From the NCBI RefSeq assembly GCF_009914755.1, contig NC_060925.1: 64,000 nt of DNA. One strand, 5' to 3'. Every line of letters starts with the position of its first letter. Position 1 is the first letter of the stretch. Origin of the DNA: the human T2T-CHM13v2.0 reference genome, Homo sapiens. This document shows positions 39,931 to 54,100 of this stretch, piece after piece. A program made the translations under genes and the position numbers. The notes under the pieces were generated by a model. It ran no database searches and was not told the origin of the DNA. It was given only the letters and a program-made list of their open reading frames with translations.

Positions 39931-42900
39931 ACAACCCCAGGTGAGAATCTGACAGCCTGGAAGAGCACCCCACATCCCCGGGTGAGCATCTGACAGCCTG
40001 GAACAGCACCGACACCCCCAGGAGAGCATCCGATAGCCTGGAGCAGCACCCACACCCTCAGGTGAGCATCTGACAGCCTGGAACAGCAACCACACCCCCA
40101 GGCGAGCATCTGACAGCCTGGAACAGCACCCACACCCCCAGGAGAGCATCCGATAGCCTGGAACAGCACCCACACGCCCAGGTGAGCATCTGACAGCCTG
40201 GAGCAGCACGCACACCCCCAGTGAGCATCTGACAGCCTGGAACAGCACCCACAACCCTAGGTGAGCATCCGATAGCCTAGAGCAGAACCCATACCCCCAG
40301 GCGAGCATCTGACAGCCTGGGTCGGCACCCACACCCCCAGGTGCGCATCTCATGGTCTGGAGCAGCACCCACACCCACAGGTGAGCATCTGACAGCCTGG
40401 AACAGAACCCACACCCCAGTTGAGCATGTGACAGACTGGAAGAGCACCCACATGGCCAGGTGAGCCTCTGACAGCCTGTAACAGCACCCTGCACCCCCAG
40501 GTGCGCACGTGACAGCCTGGAACAGCACCGACACCCCCTGGTGAGCATTGGACAGCCTGGAGCAGCACCCACAACCCTAGGCGAGCATCCGACAGCCTGG
40601 AGCAGCACCCACACCCCCAGGTGAGAATCTGACATCGTGGAGCAGCACCCCCCACCGACAGGTGAGCATCTGACAGCCTGGAGCAGCAACCACACCCCAA
40701 GGTGAGCATCTGACAGCCTGGAACAGCACCCTGCACCCCGAGGTGAGCATCCGACAGCCTGGAGCAGCACCCACACCCCCAGGCGAGCATCCGACACCTG
40801 GAGCAGCACCGACAACCCCAGGTGAGCATCTGATGGTCTGGAGCAGCACCCACAACCACAGGTGAGCATCGGAGAGTCTGGAGCAGCGCCCACAGCCCCA
40901 GGCGAGCATCTGACAGCCTGGAGCAGTGCCCACACCCCCAGGTGAGCATCTGACAGCATGGAGCAGCACCCATAGCCCAAGGTGAGCATCTGACAACCTG
41001 GAGCAGCAAACACACCCCCAGGCGAGCATCTGAACGCACGGAGCAGCACTCACACCCCTAGGCGAGCATCCGACAGCCTGGAGCAGCACCCACACCCCCA
41101 GGTGAGCATCTGATGGTCTGGAGCAGCACCCACACCCACAGGTGAGCATCTGACAGCCTGGAACAGAAACCACAGACCCAGGTGGGCATCTGACCGTCTG
41201 GAACAGCACCCACATGCCCAGGTGAGCCTCTGACAGCCTGGAACAGCACACTGCAGCCCCAGGTGAGCATCTGACAGCCTGGAACAGCACCCATACCCCC
41301 AGGCGAGCATCTGACAGCATGTTAGAGCACCCACACCACGAGGTGAGCATCTGACAGCCTGGAACAGCAGCCTGCACCCCCTGGTACGCACGTGACAGCC
41401 TGGAACAGCACCCACAGCCCCAGGCGAGCATCTGACGGCCTGGAACAGCACCCACACCCCCAGGTGAGCATCTGACGGCGTGGAACAGCACCCACACACC
41501 CAGGTGAGCATCTGACATCGTGGAGCAGCACCCACACCCACAGGTGAGCATCTGACAGCCTGGAACAACACCCTGCACCCCCAGGTGAGCATCTGACAGC
41601 CTGGAGCAGCACACAAACCACCAGGCGAGCATCTGACAGCCTGGAACAGCACCCAAACCCCCACGGGAGCATCTGATGGTCTGGAGCATCACCCACAACC
41701 ACAGGTGAGCATCGGAGAGTCTGGAGCAGCGCCCAAACCCCCAGGCGAGCATCTGACAGCCTGGAGCAGTGCCCAAACCCCCAGGTGAGCATCTGACAGC
41801 ATGGAGCAGCACCCACAGCCCAAGGTGAGCATCTGACAACCTGGAGCAGCACTCACACCCCCAGGCGAGCATCTGAACTCACAGAGCTGCACCCACACCC
41901 CCAGGCGAGCATCCGACAGCCTGGAGCAGCACCCTCACCCCCAGGTGAGCATCTGTTGGTCTGGAGCAGCACCCACAACCACAGGTGAGCATCGAAGAGT
42001 CTGGAGCATCGCCCACAACCCCAGGCGAGCATCTGACAGCCTGGAGCAGTGCCCACACCCCCAGGTGAGCATCTGACAGCGTGGAGCAGCACCCACAGCC
42101 AAAGGTGTGCATCTGACAACCTGGAGCAGCACCCACACCCCCAGGCGAGCGTCTGAACGCACGGAGCAGCACCCACTCCCCAAGGCGAGCATCCGACAGC
42201 CTGGAGCAGCACCCACACACCCAGGTGAGCATCTGAAAGCCTGGAGCAGCACCCACACCCCCTGGTGAGCATCTGACAGCCTGGAAAAGCACGCTGCACC
42301 CCCAGGTGAGCATCTGACAGATTGGAACAGCACACACAGCCCAGGCGAGCATCTGACAACCTGGAACAGGACCCATGCGCCCAGATGAGCATCTGAGAGC
42401 CTGGAACAGCACCCTGCACCCACAGGTGAGCATCTGACAACCTGGAACAGCACCCGCACCCCCAGGCGAGCATCTGGCATCCTGGAGCAGCACCCACACC
42501 CCCAGGTGAGCATCTGACAGCCTGGAGCAGCACCCTGCACCCCCAGGTGAGCATCTGACAGCCTGGAACAGCACCCTTCCCCCCCAGGTGAGCATCTGAC
42601 AGCCTGGAGCAGTGCCCACACCCCCAGGTGAGAATCTGACAGCGTGGAGCAGCACCCACAGCCCAAGGTGAGCATCTGACAACCTGGAGCAGCACCCACA
42701 CCCCGAGGTGAGCATCTGACCTCCCGGAGCAGCACCCATACCCCCAGGCGAGCATCTGAACTCATGGAGCAGCACCCACACCACCAGGCGAGCATCTGAC
42801 CGAACGGAGTAGCACCCACAACCACACGTGAGCATCGGAGAATCTGGAGCAGCGCCCACACCCCCAGGCGAGCATCTGACAGCCTGGAGCAGTGCCCACA

Positions 42901-45399
42901 CCCCCAGTTGAGCATCTGACAGCATGGAGCAGCACCCACAGACCAAGGTGAGCATCTGACAACCTGGAGCAGCACCCACACCCCCAGGCGAGCATCTGAA
43001 CTCACAGAGCAGCACCCACACCCCCAGGCGAGCATCCGACAGCCTGGAGCAGCACCCACACGCCCAGGTGCGCAAGTGATGGTCTGGAGCAGCACCCACA
43101 CCCACAGGTGAGCATCCGACAGCCTGGAGCAGCACCCACACCCCCAGGTGAGCATCTGTTGGTCTGGAGCAGCACCCACAACCACAGGTGAGCATCGGAG
43201 AGTCTGGAGCAGCGCCCACAACCCCAGGCGAGCATCTGACAGCCTGGAGCAGTGCCCACACCAACAGGTGAGCATGTGACAGCGTGGATCAGCACCCAAA
43301 GCCAAAGGTGTGCATCTGACAACCGGGAGCAGCACCCACACCCCCAGGCGAGCATCTGAACGCACGGAGCAGCACCCACTCCCCAAGGCGAGCATCCGAC
43401 AGCCTGGAGCAGCACCCACACACCCAGGTGAGCATCTGAAAGCCTGGAGCAGCACCCACACCCCCTGGTGAGCATCTGACAGGCTGGAACAGCACCTATA
43501 CGGCCAGATGAGCATCTGAGAGCCTGGAACAGCACCCTGCACCCACAGGAGAGCATCTGAAAACCTGGAACAGCTCCTGCACCCCCAGGCACGCATCTGA
43601 CAGCCTGGAGCAGCACACACACCCCCAGGTGAGAATCTGATAGCGTGGAGCAGCACCCACAGCCCAAGGTGAGCATCTGGCAACCTGGAGCAGCACCCAC
43701 ACCCCGAGATGAGCATCTGATCTCCCGGAGCAGCACCCATACCCCCAGGCGAGCATCTGAACTCATGGAGCGACACCCACACCACCAGGCGAGCATCTGA
43801 CCGAACGGAGCAGCACCCACAATCCCAGGCGAGCATCTGACAGCCTGGAACAGCACCCACAACCCCATGTGAGCATTTGACAGCCCGCAGCATCACCCAC
43901 ACGCACAGGTGAGAATCTGACAGCCCGTAGCAGCACCCTCACCCCCAGGGGAGCATCTGACGGCATGGAGCAGCACCCACAACCCCAGGGGAGCATCTGA
44001 CACCCTGGAGCAGCACCGACAACCACAGGTGAGCATCTGAGAGCCTGGGACAGCACCCACAACCCCAGGTGAGCATCTGACAGCCTGGAACAGCACCCAC
44101 ACCCCCAGGTGAGCATCCGATAGCCTGGAGCAGAACCCACACCCCCAGGTGAGCATCCGACAGCCTGGAGCAGCACCCACACCCCCAGTTGAGCATCTGA
44201 CGGCCTGGAACACCACTCACATACCCAGGTGAGCATCCGACAGCTTGGAACAGCACCCACACCCCCAGGTGAGCATCCGACAGCCTGGAGCAGCACCCAC
44301 AGCCCCATGTGAGCATCTGATATCCAGGAATAGCACCCACACGCCCAGGTGAGCATCTGACAGCCTGGAGCAGCACCCACACCCCCAGTGAGCATCTGAC
44401 AGCCTGGAACAGCACCCACACCGCGAGGTGAGCATCCGATAGCCTGGAGCAGAAACCACACCCCCAGGCGAGCATCTGACAGCCTGGGTCGGCACCCACA
44501 CCACCAGGTGCGCATCTGATGGTCTGGAGCAGCACCCACACCCACAGGTGAGCATCTGACAGCCTGGAACAAAACCCACACCCCAGGTGAGCATCTGACA
44601 GACTGGAAGAGCACCCACATGCCCCGGTGAGCCTCTGACAGCCTGTAACAGCACCCTGCACCCCCAGGTGCGCACGTGACAGCCTGGAACAGCACCGACA
44701 CACCCAGGTGAGCATTGGACAGCCTGGAGCAGCACCCACAACACCAGGCGACCATCCGACAGCCTGGAGCAGCACCCACACCCCCTGGTGAGCATCTGAC
44801 ATCGTGTAGCAGCACCCCACACACACAGGTGAGCATCTGATAGCCTGGAGCAGCACCCACACCCCCAGGCGAGCATCCGACAACCTGGAGCAGCACCCAC
44901 AACCCTAGGTGAGCATCTGATGGTCTGGAGCAGCACCCACAACCACAGGTGAGCATCGGAGAGTCTGGAGCAGCGCCCAGAGCCCCAGGCGAGCATCTGA
45001 CAGCCTGGAACAGTGCCCACACCCTCAGGTGAGCATCTGACAGCATGGAGCAGCCCCCATAGCCCAAGGTGAGCGTCTGACAACCTGGAGCAACAACCAC
45101 ACACCCAGGCGAGCATCTGAACGCACGGAGCAGCACCCACACCCCTAGGCGAGCATCCGACAGCCTGGAGCAGCACCCACACCCCCAGGTGCGCATCTGA
45201 TGGTCTGGAGCAGCACCCACACCCACAGGTGAGCATCTGACAGCCTGGAACAGAAACCACAACCCCATGTGAGCATCTGATAGACTGGAACAGCACCCAC
45301 ATGCCCAGGTGAGCCTCTGACAGCCTGGAACAACACACTGCACCCGGAGGTGAGCATCTGACAGCGTGGAACAGTACGCACACCCCCAGGTGAGCATCT

Positions 45400-48170
45400 G
45401 ACATCCTGGAACAGCACGCATACCCCCAGGCGAGCATCTGATAGCATGTAACAACACCGACATACCGAGGTGAGCATCTGACAGCCTGGAAGAGCAGCCT
45501 GCAACCCTAGATACGTAGGTGACAGCCTGGAACAGCACCCACACCCCAAGGCGAGGATCTGATGGCCTGGAACAGCACCCACACACCCAGGTGAGCATCT
45601 GACGGCCTGGAACAGCACCCACACCCCTAGATGAGCATCCGACAGCCTGGATCAGCACCGACACCCCTAGGTGAGCATCCGATAGCCTGGAGCAGAACCC
45701 ACACCCCCAGGCGAGCATCTGACACCCTGGGTCGACACCCACACCCCCAGGTGCGCATCTGATGGTCTGGAGCAGCACCCACACCCACAGGTGAGCATCT
45801 GACAGCCTGGAAAAGAACCCACACCCCAGGAGAGCATGTGACAGACTGGAACAGCACCCACATGCCCAGGTGAGCCTGTGACAGCCGGCAACAGCACCCT
45901 GCACCCCCAGGTGCGCACGTGACAGCCTGGAACAGCACCGACAACCCCAGGTGAGCATGGGACAGCCTGGAGCAGCACCCACAACCCCAGGCGAGCATCC
46001 GACAGCCTGGAGCAGCACCCACACCCCCAGGTGAGCATCTGACATAGTGGAGCAGCACCCCACACCCACTGGTGAGCATCTGACAGCCTGGAGCAGCACC
46101 CATACCCCCAGGTGAGCATCTGATAGCCTGGAACAGCACCCTGCACGCCCAGGTGAGCATCCGAAAGCCTGTAGCAGCACCCACACCCCCAGGCGAGCAT
46201 CCGCCAACCTGGAGCAGCACCCACAACCCTAAGTGAGCATCTGATTGTCTGGAGCAGCACCCAGAAACACAGGTGAGCATCGGAGAGTCTGGAGCAGCGC
46301 CACCAGCCCCAGGCGGGCATCTGACAGCCTGGAGCAGTCCCCACACCCCCAGGTGAGCATCTGACAGCATGGAGCAGCACCCATAGCCCAACGTGAGCAT
46401 CTGACAACCTGGAGCAGCACCCACACCCCCAGGTGAGCATCTGATGGTCTGGAGCAGCACCCACAACCACAGGTGAGCATCGGAGAGTCTGGAGCACTGC
46501 CCACACCCCCAGGCGAGCATCTGATAGCCTGGAGCAGTGCCCACACCCCCACGTGAGCATCTGACAGCGTGGAGCAGCACCCACAGCCCAAGGTGAGCAT
46601 CTGACAACCTGGAGCAGTGCCCACACCCCCAGGTGAGCATCTGACAGCGTGGAGCAGCACCCACAACCCCAGGCGAGCATCTGACAACCAGGAGCAGCAC
46701 CCACACCCCCAGGAGAGCATCAGAATGCACAGAGCAGCACCCACACCCCCAGGCGAGCATCTGACAGCCTGGAGCAGTGCCCACACCCCCAGGTGAGCAT
46801 CTGACAGCGTGGAGCAGCACCCACAGCCCAAGGTGAGCATCTGACAACCTGGAGCAGTGCCCACACCCCCAGGTGAGCATCTGACAGCGTGGAGCAGCAC
46901 CCACAACCCCAGGCGAGCATCTGAACGCACGGAGCAGCACCCACAACCCCAGGTGAGCATCTGACAGCCTGGAACAGCACGCTGCCCCCCCAGGTGAGCA
47001 TCTGACAGCCTGGAACAGCACACACACCCGCAGGCGAGCATCTGACAACCTGGAACAGCACCCATACGCCCAGATGAGCATCTGACAGCCTGGAACAGCA
47101 CCCTGCACACCCAGGTGAGCATCTGACAGCCTGGAACAGCACCCACACCCCCAGGTGAGCATCTTACTGCATCGCATGGCATCCTCACCTCCAGGTGAGC
47201 ATCCGACAGCCTGGAGCAGCACCCACAACCCCAGGTGAGTATCTGACAGCCTGGAACAGCAAACACACCCCCAGGCGAGCATCTGACAGCCTGGAACAGC
47301 ACTCTGAACCACCGGGTGAAGATCAGACAGACTGGAGTAGCACCCACACTCCAGGTGAGCATCTGACAGCCTGAAGCAGCACCCACACCAGCAGGTCAGC
47401 ATCTGACAGCCTGGAACAGCACCCACACCCACAGGTGAGCATCTGACAGCCTGGAAAAGGACCCTGCATCCCCACGTGAGAATCTGACAACCTGGATCAG
47501 CCACCACAACCCCAGGTGAGCATCCAACAGGCTGGAACAGCACCCACACCCCCAGGTGAACATCCGACAGCCTGGAGCAGCACCCACACCCCCAGATGAG
47601 CATCCGACAACCTGGAACAGCACCCACACCCCCAGGTGAGCATCCGACAGCCTGGAGCAGCACCCACACCCCCAGGGGAGCATCTGACAGCCTGGAACAG
47701 CACCCACACCCCCAGGTGAGCATCTGATATCCTGGAACAGCACCCACACCCCCAGGTGAGAATCTGACAGGCTGGAGCAGCACGCACAGCCCCAGGTGAG
47801 CATCTGACAGCCTGGAACAGCACCCACACCCCCAGGTGAACATCCGACAGCCTGGAGCAGAACCCACACCACCAGGCGAGCATGTGACAGCCTGGGTCGG
47901 CACCCACACCCCCAGGTGAGCATCAGATCGTCTGGAGCAGCACACACACCCACAGGTGAGCATCTGACAGCCTGGAACAGAACCCACACCCCCAGGTGAG
48001 CATCTGACAGACTGGAACACCACCCACACGCCCAGATGAGCCTCTGACTGCATGGAACAGCACGCGCACACCCAGGTGAGCATGTGACAGCGTGGAACAG
48101 CACCCACACCACCAGGCGAGCATCTGACAGCATGTAACAGCACCCACACCCCCAGGTGAGCATCTGACAG
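45400..48170. repeat. Blocks X (~45400-46900) and Y (~46930-48170), re-occurring as X'-Y-X at ~57000-60360
   Basis: X markers GCGAGGATCTGA (45551/59143) and GATTGTCTGG (46243/59835, also 57310) have offset 13,592. Y markers TTACTGCATCG (47164/58070), GAGAATCTGACAGGC (47758/58664) and GCCTCTGACTGC (48040/58946) have offset 10,906. Confidence 0.85.
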
Positions 48171-51100
48171 CCTGGAACAACACCCTGCAACTGCAGGTGC
48201 GCACGTGCCAGCCTGGAACAGCACCCACACCCCCAGGGGAGCATCTGACAGCCTGAAACGGCACCCACACCCCCAGGCGAGCATCGGACAGCCTGGAGCA
48301 GCACCCACACCCCCAGGTGAGCATCTGACAGCCTGGAATAGTACCCACACTCCCAGACGAGCATCGGACAGCCTGGAGCAGCACCCACACCGCCAGGCGA
48401 TCATCCGCCAGCCTGGAACAGCACCGACACCCCCAGGTGAGCATTCGACAGCCTGGAGCAGCACCCACACCCCCAGGCGAGCATCTGACAGCCTGGTGCA
48501 GCACCCAAATCCCCAGGTGAGCATCCGACATCGTGGAGCAGCACCCCACACCCACAGGTGAGCATCTGACAGCCTGGAACAGCAAGCACACCCCCAGGCG
48601 AGCATCTGACATCCTGGAGCAGCATCCACACGCCCAGGTGAGCATCTGACAGCCTGGAGCAGCACCCTGCACCCCCAGGTGAGCATCTGACAGCCTGGAA
48701 CAGCACCCTGCACCCCGAGGTGAGCATCTGACAGCCTGGAACGGCACCAACACCCCCAGGTGAGCATCTGGCGGTCTGGAGCAGCACCGAGAACCACAGG
48801 TGATCATCGGAGAGTCTGGAGCAGCACCCACAGCCCAAGTTGAGCATCTGACAACCTGGAGCAGCAGCCACAACCCGAGGTGAGCATCTGACCTCCTGGA
48901 GCAGCACCCAAACCCCCAGGCGAGCATCTGAACTCATGGAGCAGAACCCACACTCCCAGGCGAGCATCTGACCGAACGGAGCAGCACCCACAACCCCAGG
49001 CGAGCATCTGACAGCCTGGAACAGCAACCACACGCCCAGGTGAGCAGCCGACAGCCTGGAACAGCACCCACACCCCCAGGTGAGCATCCGGCAGCATGGC
49101 CAGCACCCACACCCCCAGGTGAGCATCTGATATCCTGGAACAGCACCCACACGCCCAGGTGAGCATCTGACAGCATGGAGCAGCACGCACACCCCCAGTG
49201 AGCCTCTGACAGCCTGGAACAGCACCCACACCCCTAGGTGAGCATCCGATAGCCGAGAGCAGAAACCACACCCCCAGGCGAGCATCTGACAGACTGGAAG
49301 AGCACCCACATGGCCAGGTGAGCCTCTGACAGCCTGTAACAGCACCCTGCAAACCCAGGTGCGCACGTGACAGCCTGGAACAGCACCGACACACCCTGGA
49401 GAGCATTGGACAGCCTGGAGCAGCACCCACAACCCTAGGCTAGCATCTGACAGCTTGGAGCAGCACCCACACCCCCAGGTGAGCGTCTGACATCGTGGAG
49501 CAGCACCCCCCACCGACAGGTGAGCATCTGACAGACTGGAGCAGCACCCACACCCCCAGGTGAGCATCTGACAGCCTGGAACTCCACCCTGAACCCCCAG
49601 GTGAGCATCCGACAGCCTGGAGCAACACCCACACCCCCAGGCGAGCATCCGACACCTGGAGCAGTACCGACAACCCCAGGTGAGCATCTGATGGTCTGGA
49701 GCAACACCCACAACCACAGGTGAGCATCGGAGAGTCTGGAGCAGCGCCCACAGCCCCAGGCGAGCATCTGACAGCCTGGAGCAGTGCCCACACCCCCAGG
49801 TGAGCATCTGACAGCACGGAGCAGCACCCATAGCCCAAGGTGAGCATCTGACAACCTGGAGCAGCAACCACACCCCCAGGCGAGCATCTGAACGCACGGA
49901 GCAACACCCACACCCCTAGGCGAGCATCCGACAGCCTGGAGCAGCACCCACACCCCCAGGTGAGCATCTGATGGTCTGGAGCAGCACCCACACCCACAGG
50001 TGAGCATCTGACAGCCTGGAACAGAAACCACACCCCCAGGTGGGCATCTGACAGCCTGGAACAGCTCTCACAACCCCAGGTGAGCATCTGAGAGTCTGGA
50101 ACAGCACACTGCACCCCTAAGTGAGCATCTGACAGCCTGGAGCAGCAACCACACCCCCAGGTGAGCATCCAACAGCCTGGAACAGCACCGACACCCCCAG
50201 GTGAGCATCCGACAGCCTGGAGCAGCACCCACACCCCCAGGTGAGCATCTGATACCCTGGAACAGCACCCACACCCCCACGCGAGCATCTGACAGCCTGG
50301 AACGGCACCCACACACCCAGGTGATCATCTGATGGTCTGGAGCAGCACCCACAACCACAGGTGGACATCGGAGAGTCTGGAGCAGCGCCCACACCCCCAG
50401 TCGAGCATCTGACAGCGTGGAGCAGCACACACAGCCCAAGGTGAGCATCTGACAACCTGGAGCAGCACCCACACCCCCAGGCGAGCATCTGAACGCACTG
50501 AGCAGCACCCACACCTCCCGGCAAGCAACCGACAGCCTGGAGCAGCACCCACAGACCCAGGTGCGCATCTGATGGTCTGGAGCAGCACCCACACACACAG
50601 GTGAGCATCTGAGACCCTAGAACAGAACCCACACACCCAGGTGAGCATCTGACAGCCGGGAACAGCACCCTGCACCCCCTGGTGAGCATCTGACAACCTG
50701 GAACAGCACCCATACACCCAGATGAGCATCTGACAGCCTGGAACAGCACCCTGCACCCACAGGCCAGCATCTGACAGCCTGGAACAGCACCCATACGCCC
50801 AGATGAGCATCTGACAGCCTGGAGCAGCACCCTGCATACCCAGGTGCGCACCTGACAGCCTGGAACAGCACCCACTCACCCAGGCGAGCATCTGATGGCC
50901 TGTAACGGCACCCACACACCCAGGTGAGCATCCGTCATACTGAAAGAGCTCCGAAAGCCCAGGTGAGCATCCGACAGCCTGGAGCAGCACCCATACCCCC
51001 AGGTGAGCACCTGACCGCATGGAATGGCATCCTTACCTCCAGTTGAGCATCCGACAGCCTGGAGCCGCACCGACACACCCAGGTGAGCATCTGACAGCCT

Positions 51101-54100
51101 GGAATAGCAACCACAACCCCAGGCGAGCATCTGACAGCCGGGAACAGCACCCTGCACCCCCGGGTGAGGATCAGACAGCGTGGAGCAGCACCCACACTCC
51201 AGGTGAGCATCTGACAGCCTGAAGCAGCACCCACACAAACAGTTGAGCATCTGACAGCCTGGAACAGCACCCACATCCCCAGGTGAGCATCTGACAGGTT
51301 GGAACAGCACCCTGCACCCCAAAGTGAGCATCTGACAACATGGAGCAGCAACCACACCCCCAGGTGAGCATCCAACAGCCTGGACCTGCACCCACACCCC
51401 CAGGTGAGCATCCGACAGCCTGGAGCAGCACCCACACCCCCAGGGGAGCATCTGACACCCTGGAGCAGCACCGACAACCCCAGGTGAGCACCTGAGAGCC
51501 TGGAACAGCACTCACAACCCCAGGTGAGAATCTGACAGCATGGAAGAGCACCCCACATCCCCGGGTGAGCATCTGACAGCCTGGAACAGCACCCGCACAC
51601 CCAGGTGAGCATCTGACATCCGGAAACAGCACCCACACCCGCAGGTGAGCATCTGACATCCTGCAACAGGACCCTGCACCCCCAAGTGAGCATCTGACAA
51701 CCTGGAGCAGCAACCACACCCCCAGGTGAGCATCCAACAGCCTGGAACAGCACCCACACCCGCAGGTGACCATCTGACAGCCTGGAGCAGCACCCACACC
51801 CCCAGGTGAGCATCTGACATCGTGGAGCAGCACCCCACATCCACAGGCGAGCATCTGACAGCCTGGAACAGCACCCACACCCCCAGGTGAGCATCTGATG
51901 GTCTGGAGCATCACCCACAACCGCAGGTGAGCATCGGAGAGTCTGGAGCAGCACCCACAGCCCAAGGTGAGCATCTGACAACCTGGAGTAGCACCCACAA
52001 CCCCAGGTGAGCATCTGACCTCCCGGAGCAGCACCCATACCCGCAGGCGATCATCTGAACTCATGGAGCAGCACCCACAACCACAGGCGAGCATCTGACA
52101 GCCTGGAACAGCACCCACAACCGCAGGTGAGCATCTGACAGCCCGCAGCAGCACCCACACGCACAGGTGAGAATCTGACAGCCCGGAGCAGCACCCACAC
52201 AGGCAGGGGAGCATCTGACATCCTGGAGCAGCACCGACAACCCCAGGTGAGCAACTGAGAGCCTGGAACAGCACCCACACCCCCAGGTGAGAATCTGACA
52301 GCCTGGAAGAGCACCCCACATCCCCGGGTGAGCATCTGACAGCCTGGAACAGCATCAACACCCCCAGGTGAGCATCCGATAGCCTGGAGCAGCACCCACA
52401 CCCTCAGGTGAGCATCTGACAGCCTGGAACAGCAACCACACCCCCAGGTGAACATCTGACAGCCCGGAGCAGCACCCACACCCCCAGGTGAGCATCTGAC
52501 AGCCTGGAACAGCACCCACACCCCCAGGAGAGCATCCGGTAGCCTGGAGCAGAACCCACACCCACAGGCGAGCATCTGACAGCCTGGGTTGGCACCCACA
52601 CCCCCAGGTGAGCATCTGATGGTCTGGAGCAGCACCCACACCTACAGGAGAGCATCTGACAACCTGCAACAGAACCCAAACCCCCAGGTGAGCATCTGAC
52701 AGACTGGAACAGCACCCTGCACCCCCAGGTGAGTATCTGACGGCCTGGAACAGAACACACAAGCCCAGGTGAGCATCCGACAGCCTGGAGCAGCACCCAC
52801 ACCCCCAGGTGAGCATCAGACAGCCTGGAGTAGCACCCCACACCCCCAGGTGAGCATCCGACAGCCTGGAGCAGCACCCACACTCACCAGGTGAGCATGT
52901 GACATGCTGGAACAGCACCCACACCCCCAGGCGAGCATCTGACAGCCTGGAGCGGCACCCCACACCCCCAGGTGAGCATCGGACAGCCTGGAGCAGTACC
53001 CACACCCCCAGGTGAGCATCCGACAGCCTGGAACAGCACCCACACCCCCAGGTGAGCATCTGACAGACAGGAACAGCACCCACATGTCCAGGTGAGCCTC
53101 TGACAGACTGGAACAGCACGCGCACCCCCAGGTGAGCATCTGACAGGCTGGAACAGCACCCACACCCCCAGGAGAGCATCTTACAGCATGTAACAGCACC
53201 CACACACCCACGTGAGCATCTGACAGCCTGGAACAGCACCCTGCACCCCCAGGTGCGCACGTGACAGCCTGGAACAGCACCCACACCCCCAGGCGAGCAT
53301 CGGACAGCCTGGAGCAGCACCCCACACCCGCAGGTGAGCATCCGACAGCCTGGAGCAGCACCCACACCCCCAGGTGAGCATGTGACAGCCTGGAACAGCA
53401 CCCACACCCCCAGGCGAGCATCTGACAGCCTGGAGCAACACCCCACACCCCCAGGTGAGCATCGAACTGTCTGGAGCAGCACCCACAACCACAGGTGGGC
53501 ATCGGAGAGAGTGGAGCAGCGCCCAGACCACCAGGCAAGCATCTGACAGCCTGGAGCAGTGCCCACACCCCCATGTGAGCATCTGACAGTATGGAGCAGC
53601 ACCCACAGCCCAAGGTGAGCATCTGACAACCTGGAGCAGCACCCACACCCCCAGGCGAGCATCTGAACGCACAGAGCAGCACCCACACCCCCAGGCGAGC
53701 ATCCGACAGCGTGGAGCAGCACCCACACTCCCAGGTGCGCGTGTGATGGTCTGGGGCAGCACCCACACACACAGGTGAGCCTGCGACAGCCTGGAGCAGC
53801 ACCCACAGCCCCAGGTGAGCATCTGATGGTCTGGAGCAGCACCCACAACCACAGGTGAGCATCGGAGAGACTGGAGCAGCGCCGAAACCCCCAGGCGAAC
53901 ATTTGAGAGCCTGGAGCAGTGCCGACACCCCCAGGTGAGCATCTGACACCGTGGAGCAGCACCCACAGCCCAAGGTGAGCATCTGACAACCTGGAGCAGC
54001 ACCCACAGCCCCAGGCGAGCATTTGAACGCACGGAGCAGGACCTACAGCCCCAGGCGAGCATCCGACAGCCTGGAGCAGCACCCACACACCCAGGTGAGC

